Shown piece after piece: positions 10,009 to 17,873 of a stretch of 64,000 nucleotides of DNA. Every line of letters begins with the position of its first letter. Positions within the stretch are counted from its first letter, which is position 1. The position numbers and the translations under genes are program-made. The stretch lies in NCBI GenBank assembly GCA_934153945.1, contig CAKPFM010000006.1, positions 27,318 to 91,317 on the forward strand, read 5' to 3'. A model generated the notes under the pieces. The model made no database searches. It was not told where the DNA came from and was given only the letters and a program-made list of their open reading frames with translations. This DNA is from an uncultured Bacilli bacterium. Its GTDB lineage: Bacteria > Bacillota_I > Bacilli_A > RF39 > UBA660.

Positions 10009-10941
10009 TTACTCTTTTCCACATCTGCTACCAACTGAATCAATTAATTTATCATTTTTATATATTCTTACAATTTCACAATTATTTGCGCAGCCATGAC
10101 ATTCTATACCTTTAGTTTCAAATTTAATATCATTGACATCTAAATTATATACTTTATCTGTTTCATAATTATGGGAAAGAATTGCGATTCCTAAAGCTCC
10201 CATTAAATGGCCGTTTTTATCTACTATAATATCTTTATTTAAAATTTCTTTAAAATATTTTTGAACACCAACATTTTTAGATACTCCACCTTGGAATACA
10301 ACTTTATCATATATTTTTTTACCTCTAGCAACATTATTTAAATAATTTATTACAATACTTTTACAAAGGCCTGCTATTATATCTTCTTTTTGATAACCCA
10401 TTTGAGCTTTATGAATTAAGTCTGATTCAGCAAATACAGTACAACGAGCAGCTATATTAACAGGATTTTTACTAGTTATTGCATATTTACCAAATTCTTC
10501 TATTGGAATATTTAATCTTTTTGCTTGACTAGTTAAAAAGGCACCTGTTCCTGCTGCACATAAAGTATTCATGGCATAATCTTTTATTATTCCATTATCA
10601 ATAAGTATTATTTTTGAATCTTGACCACCAATTTCTAAGATGGTTCTAACATCAGGGTATATTGACATAGTTCCAATAGCATGAGCTGTTATTTCATTTT
10701 TTATTATATTAGCATCTATCATAAGTCCAATTAATCTTCTAGCACTTCCTGTAGTACCAATTCCTTTTATAGTATAATTAGCTGCTGTTTTCTTTAAATA
10801 ATTTATTACTTTTTTTGATGCTTCAATAGGATTGGCATTTGTATCTATATAAATACTATCTATTATGTTATTAGATTCATCTATAATAACACCTTTTGTA
10901 GAAATGGATCCAATATCTATTCCTATATAACATTTATTCAT
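10009..10941 (-). CDS. BcrAD/BadFG-type ATPase (acyl-CoA dehydratase activase-like) with Cys-rich C-terminal tail
   Basis: IGIDIGSISTKGVI, ILEIGGQDSK, LCAAGTGAFL, VVFQGGVSKN (ASKHA-fold activase signature). Tail: CHGCANNCEIV...GSRCGK. Confidence 0.8.
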   Translation of the reverse strand: MNKCYIGIDIGSISTKGVIIDESNNIIDSIYIDTNANPIEASKKVINYLKKTAANYTIKGIGTTGSARRLIGLMIDANIIKNEITAHAIGTMSIYPDVRTILEIGGQDSKIILIDNGIIKDYAMNTLCAAGTGAFLTSQAKRLNIPIEEFGKYAITSKNPVNIAARCTVFAESDLIHKAQMGYQKEDIIAGLCKSIVINYLNNVARGKKIYDKVVFQGGVSKNVGVQKYFKEILNKDIIVDKNGHLMGALGIAILSHNYETDKVYNLDVNDIKFETKGIECHGCANNCEIVRIYKNDKLIDSVGSRCGKE

Positions 10942-12010
10942 TTTTCTTCCTCATTTCTATCATATCGAGTAAAGCTTCTACTCTAGTATAAAATCCTGTT
11001 TTACTATCTTGTGAATCAAATGAAAAAAATAATATTGGTACTTTATATTCATTACATATTTTTTCTATTATAGGCATTGCTCCTATTTCTGGAGTACAAA
11101 ATGTTGATTTAATATGTATGATAGCATCATATTTATTTTCACATAAATATTTAGTTCGCGCTATATTATCACTAGCGTCAGCTCCCATTCTATATTTAAC
11201 AAATTCTTTACTATATTTTAAATATTTTTTTATCTTTTTACCTTTTTCAAATAATAAATATTTTACATTTGTAAATCTTGTTATATCAACTTTATTTTTA
11301 ATTAATAATTCTTCTAAATCATTATTTCCAAATGGTTCCATAACTGTAAATAATTCCCCAATTATTCCTATTCTTATTCTATTTTCTGGTTTTTCTAATT
11401 TTACTTTTTTTATTTTTCTAAAGTATTTCAAATAATTATACATCAAATTTATATAGCCTTTATTATTTTCAAATTTATTTAATAATTCATTATATATTTT
11501 CTGCATTTCTTTTTCTTTTTCAAAAGCTAGATTATGTCTCATATAATCTTCTATTTTATCCATACAAAATACCATTCTTTTAGTTATTAAAAATCGGTAT
11601 AGTGCATTTATTAAAGATAATTTAGGATTAATACTTTTAAATTTTTTTAAAATTTCTTTTATATTAGTTTTACCTTTACTTACTAAATTTATATAGTTAA
11701 CATCATATAAATCTTTTAAAATATTTTCTTGTAATTCATAGTAATATCCATATCTACATCCACCACCAAATTGTACTACAGTATCTGCTCCTTTATTTAT
11801 AGCTTCTATAAAAGCTCCTAGTGTATATTTAAATGGCATACATACTGTTTCTGGACTATATTTAGTTCCTAACTCTAATGTTTTTTTAGTTATTTTAGGT
11901 GTTTTTATTACTTCACATTTTAGAATTTTTTTTAACAAGTATATTCCTGGTATTTGATAATTTCCCATCATAGGGAGTGCGAGTTTAGTCATGTATTTTA
12001 TTCCTTTCAA
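10934..12010 (-). CDS. Acyl-CoA dehydratase activase-related protein (DUF2229-like)
   Basis: 358-aa ORF overlapping both neighbours. Motifs ELGTKYSPETVCMPFKYTLG and GGGCRYGYYYE are typical of the uncharacterised CoA-enzyme-activase accessory domain. Confidence 0.65.
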   Translation of the reverse strand: MKGIKYMTKLALPMMGNYQIPGIYLLKKILKCEVIKTPKITKKTLELGTKYSPETVCMPFKYTLGAFIEAINKGADTVVQFGGGCRYGYYYELQENILKDLYDVNYINLVSKGKTNIKEILKKFKSINPKLSLINALYRFLITKRMVFCMDKIEDYMRHNLAFEKEKEMQKIYNELLNKFENNKGYINLMYNYLKYFRKIKKVKLEKPENRIRIGIIGELFTVMEPFGNNDLEELLIKNKVDITRFTNVKYLLFEKGKKIKKYLKYSKEFVKYRMGADASDNIARTKYLCENKYDAIIHIKSTFCTPEIGAMPIIEKICNEYKVPILFFSFDSQDSKTGFYTRVEALLDMIEMRKKNE

Positions 12011-12887
12011 TAATATCTATAAAACTTTCTAATCTAGTTATTATACCAGTCATACTATTTTCTTCATCTATCATTAGATGTAATGTTGGAATATCTACTT
12101 TTCTTAAAACTAGTGGTATTACTAAAGAATCTAAAGCACAAGGAAAAGCTGTTAAAAATAAAATTCCATCAATTTTATCTTTACACATTAGTATAGAACC
12201 TATCTCTTCTTTTGAGTATTTAAAATATAATCCTGTTGATAAAACATTACCTAGTTTATTAGTTTTATTTTTATTAAAATATTCTGAATATATTATTTCT
12301 ACATCATATTTTTTTAATGCATTTATAATTGATGCTCCTATATATTCATCAAATATATTATATGGATGCGAAACTATTAATATTTTTGTTTTTTTACTTT
12401 CTAATTTTTCTATATTTTTTCTTTCTAAGTATTTTGATTTATTTATACTATCTTCTAAAGCATATTTATATGCTTCTTTTATTTCTTTTTTACTTTTTTT
12501 TAATATAGATGACCACTTTTCAAATTCTTTTTCTTCTGTTTTTCTATCACTTAATGATACATTATAACTTATGATTGGTATATCTAGTATTTTATCAATA
12601 ATATCATAAGTACTCATATAGTTTGTACACATTTGATTATTTATTCCATAATTATCTATTCTAGGTATTAATACATAATCACATTTATCTTTTAAACTTA
12701 CAACATGTCCTAAATAGTTTTTAAGAGCTATACACATTTCATCATTACTTAATTCTATTCCTTTTTTCATTATTTCTTTTGTAGTTTTATCACTTATTAC
12801 TACATCTATATTTAGCCTTTTAAAAAAAGATAGCCACAAATCTTTATAATGATAATAATATAGACTTCTAGGAATTCCTATCTTCAT
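11985..12887 (-). CDS. Acyl-CoA dehydratase activase-related protein (N-terminal accessory module)
   Basis: MKIGIPRSLYYYHYKDLWLSFFKRLNIDVVISDKTTKEIMKKG..DEMCIALKNYLGHV matches the conserved KIGIPR..Y..W..FF..LG start of this family. First gene of a three-gene overlapping operon. Confidence 0.65.
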   Translation of the reverse strand: MKIGIPRSLYYYHYKDLWLSFFKRLNIDVVISDKTTKEIMKKGIELSNDEMCIALKNYLGHVVSLKDKCDYVLIPRIDNYGINNQMCTNYMSTYDIIDKILDIPIISYNVSLSDRKTEEKEFEKWSSILKKSKKEIKEAYKYALEDSINKSKYLERKNIEKLESKKTKILIVSHPYNIFDEYIGASIINALKKYDVEIIYSEYFNKNKTNKLGNVLSTGLYFKYSKEEIGSILMCKDKIDGILFLTAFPCALDSLVIPLVLRKVDIPTLHLMIDEENSMTGIITRLESFIDIIERNKIHD

Positions 12888-12972
12888 ATAATCACCTATT
12901 TAAAGATACGAATAATGGTTTCATTTTATGAATATTATTTTTTTATTAATCCATATTATTAATGGTGATAAA

Positions 12973-13137
12973 ATGGAGAAGGATCAAAAAATAAATTGTA
13001 ATGTTCATGATTGTGAACATTGTGATTGTGAAGGAGATTGTTGTAAACTTAAAAAAATAAAAGTTTGTAATTGTGATGGATGTGGTTGTAAAGAAACTAC
13101 TATGTGTGATAGTTACAAAGAAAAAACAAGTAAATAA
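12973..13137 (+). CDS. Small Cys-rich protein (DUF1540-like), 54 aa with 14 Cys
   Basis: MEKDQKINCNVHDCEHCDCEGDCCKLKKIKVCNCDGCGCKETTMCDSY. GGTGA SD 4 nt upstream of ATG 12973. Divergent from the activase operon and followed by a terminator. Confidence 0.6.
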   Translation: MEKDQKINCNVHDCEHCDCEGDCCKLKKIKVCNCDGCGCKETTMCDSYKEKTSK

Positions 13138-13154
13138 ATACTTGTTTTCATTTT
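13125..13154 (+). terminator. Rho-independent terminator after the Cys-rich small gene
   Basis: AACAAGTA-aataaa-TACTTGTT hairpin (the stop codon sits in the loop), followed by TTCATTTT. Confidence 0.65.
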
Positions 13155-13292
13155 AAATATATTTTTCATTATTTATCTATTTTATATTGTATATAAAACA
13201 TTTGTTTGATATAATGAATATGGATACATTTGAAATACATCAGATGCTTTCCCTTTCATTTATTTATTAATATTTGAAAGGTGGTGATATTT

Positions 13293-13370
13293 ATGACAAA
13301 AAGAGAATTATCTCAATTTATTATAATATTACTATTATTCTTTGTAATAATTATATTATTATTTAAATAA
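13293..13370 (+). CDS. 25-aa hydrophobic peptide, type I toxin-like (copy A1)
   Basis: MTKRELSQFIIILLLFFVIIILLFK. SD AAAGGTGGTGA 6 nt upstream. Promoter TTGTAT(13187-13192)-N17-TGaTATAAT(13210-15). The predicted mRNA 5' end GGATACATTTGAA is perfectly complementary to TTCAAATGTATCC just before the T-run at ~13443-13461. CCCTTTCA upstream can pair with the SD TGAAAGG. Confidence 0.65.
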   Translation: MTKRELSQFIIILLLFFVIIILLFK

Positions 13371-13484
13371 TAAAAGCATCCGATTTCACAACTTAGTGAT
13401 TTCAGATGCACTTCCAATAAGGGATTGCATTTGATTCTGACATTCAAATGTATCCTTTTTTATTTTATGGAAATACTTCCATCT
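13366..13484 (-). ncRNA. Predicted antisense RNA (antitoxin candidate) convergent with copy A1, overlapping its 3' UTR, terminator and stop codon
   Basis: Minus-strand promoter TTGTTA(13519-13514)-N17-TGaTATCAT(13496-13491). Minus-strand terminator hairpin GCATC..GATGC (13376-13409), followed by TTTTATTATTT. Confidence 0.45.
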
Positions 13485-13653
13485 ATATACATGATATCAC
13501 ATATTTTGTTTTTTAACAATGTATTTTCATTATTTATATATTTTATATTGTGTGTAAAACATTTGTTTGGTATAATGAATATGGATACGTTTGAAATATA
13601 TCAGATGCTTTCCCTTTCATTTATTTCTTAATATTTGAAAGGTGGTGATATTT

Positions 13654-13731
13654 ATGACAAAAAGAGAATTATCTCTATTTATTATAATATTACTATTATT
13701 TTTTGTAATAATTATATTATTATTTAAATAA
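13654..13731 (+). CDS. 25-aa hydrophobic peptide, type I toxin-like (copy A2)
   Basis: MTKRELSLFIIILLLFFVIIILLFK (one substitution relative to A1). Promoter TTGTGT(13548-53)-N17-TGgTATAAT(13571-76). Same SD and the same 5'/3' complementarity (GGATACGTTTGAA / TTCAAATGTATCC). Confidence 0.65.
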   Translation: MTKRELSLFIIILLLFFVIIILLFK

Positions 13732-13845
13732 TAAAAGCATCTGTTTCACAACTTAGTGATTTCAGATGCTATATCCAACAAGGGATTGCATTTGATTCTC
13801 GAATTCAAATGTATCCTTTTTTATTTTATGGAAATTCTTCCATCT
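13727..13845 (-). ncRNA. Predicted antisense RNA convergent with copy A2
   Basis: Minus-strand promoter TTGTTA(13880-13875)-N17-TATCAT(13857-13852). Terminator hairpin GCATCTG...CAGATGC (13737-13769) plus a T-rich tail. Confidence 0.45.
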
Positions 13846-13873
13846 ATATACATGATATCACATATTTTGTTTT

Positions 13874-14455
13874 TTAACAAGTTAGACTATCAAAAAAACT
13901 ATCAAATAATTTAATACTATTATCATCCATTATAGATTCAGGATGCCACTGTACTCCTATAAAAAATTTCTTATTCTTATCCTCTACTGCCTCTATAACA
14001 TTATCACTACTTCTAGCGCTTACAGTTAAAAATGTATTTGTAATATGTTCTATATGTCTACTATTAACAAATATTTTATCTTTATTTAAAATAGAATATA
14101 ATTTACTATCATAATTAATAAATACTTCATGTACATATAAATTGTTACTTTGATGATTAAAATTATTTAATTTTTCCAAAGTACCATCTACTACACTCAT
14201 CATCTGCATTCCTAAACATATACCTAAAGTTGGTATATCTTTTTCATATAAATATTTAACAAATTCTATTTCTAAATCAGTATAATCACTACCACCTTGT
14301 AATATAAATCCATCACAAAAATTAGCTATTTTAATAAATTCTTCCAAATCATTAGGATAAATACCTACACATATTTTATTATAACTATCTATTACTTTTT
14401 TTATCTCTTTATTTAAAGTATATTTATCACTATTTCTTAATAATACCCCTATCAT
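13874..14455 (-). CDS. Class I glutamine amidotransferase / peptidase C26 (gamma-glutamyl hydrolase-like)
   Basis: GICLGMQMM nucleophile-elbow Cys and GVQWHPE His-Glu motif. Confidence 0.8.
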   Translation of the reverse strand: MIGVLLRNSDKYTLNKEIKKVIDSYNKICVGIYPNDLEEFIKIANFCDGFILQGGSDYTDLEIEFVKYLYEKDIPTLGICLGMQMMSVVDGTLEKLNNFNHQSNNLYVHEVFINYDSKLYSILNKDKIFVNSRHIEHITNTFLTVSARSSDNVIEAVEDKNKKFFIGVQWHPESIMDDNSIKLFDSFFDSLTC

Positions 14456-14496
14456 TTAATCACCTATTTAAATATATGAAAAAAGAAATAAATTAA

Positions 14497-15258
14497 TTAT
14501 TTCTTCAACATAATAACAGATATATTTCTACCACTATTAATTCCTTCTTTTCTATGGGAATGAATTATATCACTATGACACTTAGTACACATATCTGAAA
14601 TAGTAATATTGTTTTTTTCTAAACCTATATTTAATAAAACATCTCTATTAATTAAAGTTGTATCAATAAAGTATTTTTGTTTATTATCTTTAATGTCACC
14701 TTTAATTATATATTCATTAATATTAATATCCGTAAATTTATTTTCAAATTCTTCTTTAAGATCTTCATCTACTTCAAAACAACATTTTAAAATACTAGGA
14801 CATATATATGCTTCTATATCTTTAGGATTACAATCATAATTTGAAATCATTAATTTAACAGCATTTTCTATTATTCTATTTAAAGTACCTTTCCAACCGG
14901 AATGAATATTACCTACTACCTGTTTATTTTTATCATATAATAATATTCCTTGACAATCAGCTAATGAAGTAACAAGCGCAATACCAGGAATATTAGTAAT
15001 TAATCCATCAACATCTTCAAAAGTATCATTTAGACTATTTTCAGTTACACATTTAACAATATTAGTATGAGTTTGAATTGGCTTAATAAATTTCATAGAA
15101 GTATTAAATATATTTGATATTTCATCATATTGTTGCTTTATTTTATCATCAGATACAAGTCCTTTTCTAAAATTAAAAGGTTTTAAAGTAAATAAATGAC
15201 ATATATTTGAATATTCATTTAATTTTTCAAATTGAACATAATTTTTATTAATTATCAT
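14497..15258 (-). CDS. pgeF: Peptidoglycan editing factor PgeF (YfiH/DUF152, laccase-domain family)
   Basis: HTNIV, DGLITN..ALVTSLADCQGILLYD, GNIHSGWKGT, CTKC...HSHRKEG..SGRN. Confidence 0.8.
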   Translation of the reverse strand: MIINKNYVQFEKLNEYSNICHLFTLKPFNFRKGLVSDDKIKQQYDEISNIFNTSMKFIKPIQTHTNIVKCVTENSLNDTFEDVDGLITNIPGIALVTSLADCQGILLYDKNKQVVGNIHSGWKGTLNRIIENAVKLMISNYDCNPKDIEAYICPSILKCCFEVDEDLKEEFENKFTDININEYIIKGDIKDNKQKYFIDTTLINRDVLLNIGLEKNNITISDMCTKCHSDIIHSHRKEGINSGRNISVIMLKK

Positions 15259-15302
15259 GATATCACCTATTTACATTATATCAAAAAAAAGAAATAAAAG
15301 CA

Positions 15303-15893
15303 TTATTTCTTTAAATATTGTATATATGATTTTATTAAATCCTCATCCATCAAATTTTTGGGAATCTCACCTAGATTAAAAAATTGCAATTTTTTTGTTT
15401 CTGAATCTCCTTTTAAATTACTTGTATCATTTAAGGAAACTTCAGCCAAATACAAAGATGTATTATTATAAACTATATCTCCATTTGGATAACTATTTTT
15501 TCTACTTTTTCCAGACAATGTATCAATCAATATTATTTCACTTGGATTTAATTTAATACCAGTTTCTTCATAGGCTTCTCTAACTGCAGTTTGTCTTAAA
15601 TTTTCTCCTAAATCTTGGCACCCTCCAGGCAACCCCCACTTATCTCGATCTGTTCTTAACTGTAATAATATTTGATTTTTTTCATTTCTAATTATTATAG
15701 CAGCACCAGTTTGAATAAATGGGATATGGTTTATTCTTTCATCTAATGACATTCTAAACAAAACCGGATATCCACCATATTTAGAACTTAATTCTAATAT
15801 TTCTTCTTCAGTTAAATTCATTATCAATTTAACAAATTCTTCATGAGTATATTCTCGCATTTTTTTATATTTATTCATACTTTTATCCTTCAA
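15303..15893 (-). CDS. NUDIX hydrolase
   Basis: Nudix box GGCQDLGENLRQTAVREAYEETGI. Confidence 0.8.
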   Translation of the reverse strand: MKDKSMNKYKKMREYTHEEFVKLIMNLTEEEILELSSKYGGYPVLFRMSLDERINHIPFIQTGAAIIIRNEKNQILLQLRTDRDKWGLPGGCQDLGENLRQTAVREAYEETGIKLNPSEIILIDTLSGKSRKNSYPNGDIVYNNTSLYLAEVSLNDTSNLKGDSETKKLQFFNLGEIPKNLMDEDLIKSYIQYLKK

Positions 15894-16482
15894 TTTCTAT
15901 ATGTTCTTTTAACATTAAATACTTATAAATTTCTCCCCAGTTATTAACATTTTTTAAGTATTCATTTTCTATTAATGGATTTGAAGCATTATTTTTAAAA
16001 TATAATGCTGTAATGTTTTTTTCTGATGCATTTAAACAAATTGTTTCATCATCATCAATTATATAATCAACTTTTTCATACAAGTATTTATCTATTTTTT
16101 GGTGTTCATTATTATATATTTTAACATTTTCTAAATTTATTGATTCAAATTTATTCAAAGCATATTTCATTTCACTATCACTTCGAGCTGTTACTATAAT
16201 TACTTCAAAATATTTTGTCAATTTAGGAATAATAATTTCAGCACCTGTCATGATATTAGCACTTTTCAACACTTCAGACGAATACCTATTATAAAATTCA
16301 CTAAATTCTGTTTGTTCCCAATTATATCTTTTTTGAAATGTTCTTTTTGTATTATCAATTATATTATCACATTTCTTAACTTCTACATCATATATTTCAG
16401 TATATACTCTATATAAATTTTCTGAATCAAATACTACTCCATCTAAATCTAATGCTATTTTTTTCATTCTTTCTACCTCCAC
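15883..16482 (-). CDS. HAD-superfamily hydrolase (nucleotidase-like)
   Basis: Motif I: KIALDLDGVVFD. About 200 aa. Overlaps the downstream NUDIX gene by 11 nt. Confidence 0.6.
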   Translation of the reverse strand: MEVERMKKIALDLDGVVFDSENLYRVYTEIYDVEVKKCDNIIDNTKRTFQKRYNWEQTEFSEFYNRYSSEVLKSANIMTGAEIIIPKLTKYFEVIIVTARSDSEMKYALNKFESINLENVKIYNNEHQKIDKYLYEKVDYIIDDDETICLNASEKNITALYFKNNASNPLIENEYLKNVNNWGEIYKYLMLKEHIEIEG

Positions 16483-16515
16483 ATTAATTATAACAAAAAA
16501 AAAGAAATAAATTAA

Positions 16516-17397
16516 TTATTTCTTTAACATTTCACTTATTGTTGTTGTAATACCAGCTACATCTTGAAGATTAGATGGAATAATTATCTTAGTTGATTGA
16601 CCATTAGCTACTTCTTTTAAAGCATCAAAACTTTTCATAGCAAGTACAGCTTGATCAGCTTTAGCTTCTTTTAATAATCTAATGCCTTCTGCTTCTGCTT
16701 GTTTAATTTTAAGTAAAGCTTCAGCTTCACCTTCAGCTATTCTAATTTGAGATTCTTTATTAGCTTCAGCACGTAATATAGCACTTTCTTTTTCACCTTC
16801 AGCAATTAATATACTAGATTTCTTTTCACCTTCAGCTTGAAGAATTTTTTCTCTTCTTTCTCTTTCAGCACGCATTTGTTTTTCCATTGCTTCTTGAATA
16901 TCTCTTGGTGGTATTATATTTTTAACTTCTACTCTATTTACTTTAATTCCCCATGGATCTGTTGCTTCATCAAGAATAGATCTCATTTTAGAATTAATAA
17001 TATCTCTTGAAGTTAAAGTTTGATCTAATTCTAATTCACCAATTAAATTACGAAGTGTTGTAGCTGTTAAATTTTCAATAGCTGATACTGGATGTTCTAC
17101 ACCATAAGTATATAATTTAGCATCAGTAATTTGATAATAAACAACTGTATCTATTTGCATTGTAACGTTATCTTTAGTAATAACTGGTTGTGGTGCGAAA
17201 TCCTTAACAATTTCTTTTTGTGTAACAATATTGGCTATTCTATCAATGAATGGTATTTTTACATGTAAACCATTCTTCCATGTTTCATTATAAGATCCTA
17301 ATCTTTCAATAACATAAGCTTTTGCTTGTGGTACAATCTTAATATTTGGAATAATAAGAACTACCACTAAAATTAATATAATTATAAATAATTCCAT
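16516..17397 (-). CDS. SPFH/band-7 (stomatin-like) membrane protein
   Basis: N-terminal TM segment, then VPQAKAYVIERLG...TKDNV...VYYQITD and a coiled-coil Ala/Glu-rich C-terminus. Confidence 0.85.
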   Translation of the reverse strand: MELFIIILILVVVLIIPNIKIVPQAKAYVIERLGSYNETWKNGLHVKIPFIDRIANIVTQKEIVKDFAPQPVITKDNVTMQIDTVVYYQITDAKLYTYGVEHPVSAIENLTATTLRNLIGELELDQTLTSRDIINSKMRSILDEATDPWGIKVNRVEVKNIIPPRDIQEAMEKQMRAERERREKILQAEGEKKSSILIAEGEKESAILRAEANKESQIRIAEGEAEALLKIKQAEAEGIRLLKEAKADQAVLAMKSFDALKEVANGQSTKIIIPSNLQDVAGITTTISEMLKK

Positions 17398-17407
17398 AAT
17401 CTACCTC

Positions 17408-17821
17408 CTATTTTACTTCTTCTACTTTTAATTTAACACCATCAATAGCTAAAATAATAACTTCTTTATTTAAATCTATTTTTTTATCACTAATAGCGCT
17501 CCATCTTTTTCCATCAACTTTTACTTCTCCAATGGAATTTTCATTTATTTCTTCTGTTACTATACCTTTCATACCAATTACTCTATCAAAATTTGTCTTA
17601 ATATCTTTACTTTTTAAAACATCTTTTAAAAATGATTTTGTAGTTATTAAAAGGATTGTTCCAAGTATTGTAAAGAAAGCAAACTGTATAACAAAGTTAT
17701 CAATAAATAAAGATAAAACTATAGTACAAAGTCCACTTGCTATATACCATATTGTAACTAAATCAATAGTCATACATTCAACAACTGAAAGAATTATTAC
17801 AACAGTTAACCAAAAATACAT
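17408..17821 (-). CDS. NfeD-family membrane protein
   Basis: Hydrophobic N-terminal half plus C-terminal OB-like GMKGIV...GEVKVDGKRWSA. Classic nfeD-SPFH gene pair. Confidence 0.8.
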   Translation of the reverse strand: MYFWLTVVIILSVVECMTIDLVTIWYIASGLCTIVLSLFIDNFVIQFAFFTILGTILLITTKSFLKDVLKSKDIKTNFDRVIGMKGIVTEEINENSIGEVKVDGKRWSAISDKKIDLNKEVIILAIDGVKLKVEEVK

Positions 17822-17873
17822 ATCTACACCACCTAATTAAATTATACCCTAAAATATATATATTTACAATATT

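Larger units (their letters stand above)
13160..13881 (+). repeat. Tandem direct duplication (period 361 bp) of a small-peptide/antisense-RNA module
   Basis: Unit 1 (~13160-13520) and unit 2 (~13521-13881) align base for base with few substitutions. ATG-to-ATG spacing: 13293 to 13654. Confidence 0.9.

Noticed and set aside
13160-13881. The regularly spaced repeats could have been a CRISPR-like or other short-repeat array.
   Set aside because: There are only two copies of a 361-bp unit. Each contains a promoter, an SD, a small ORF and terminators. There are no short direct repeats separated by unique spacers.
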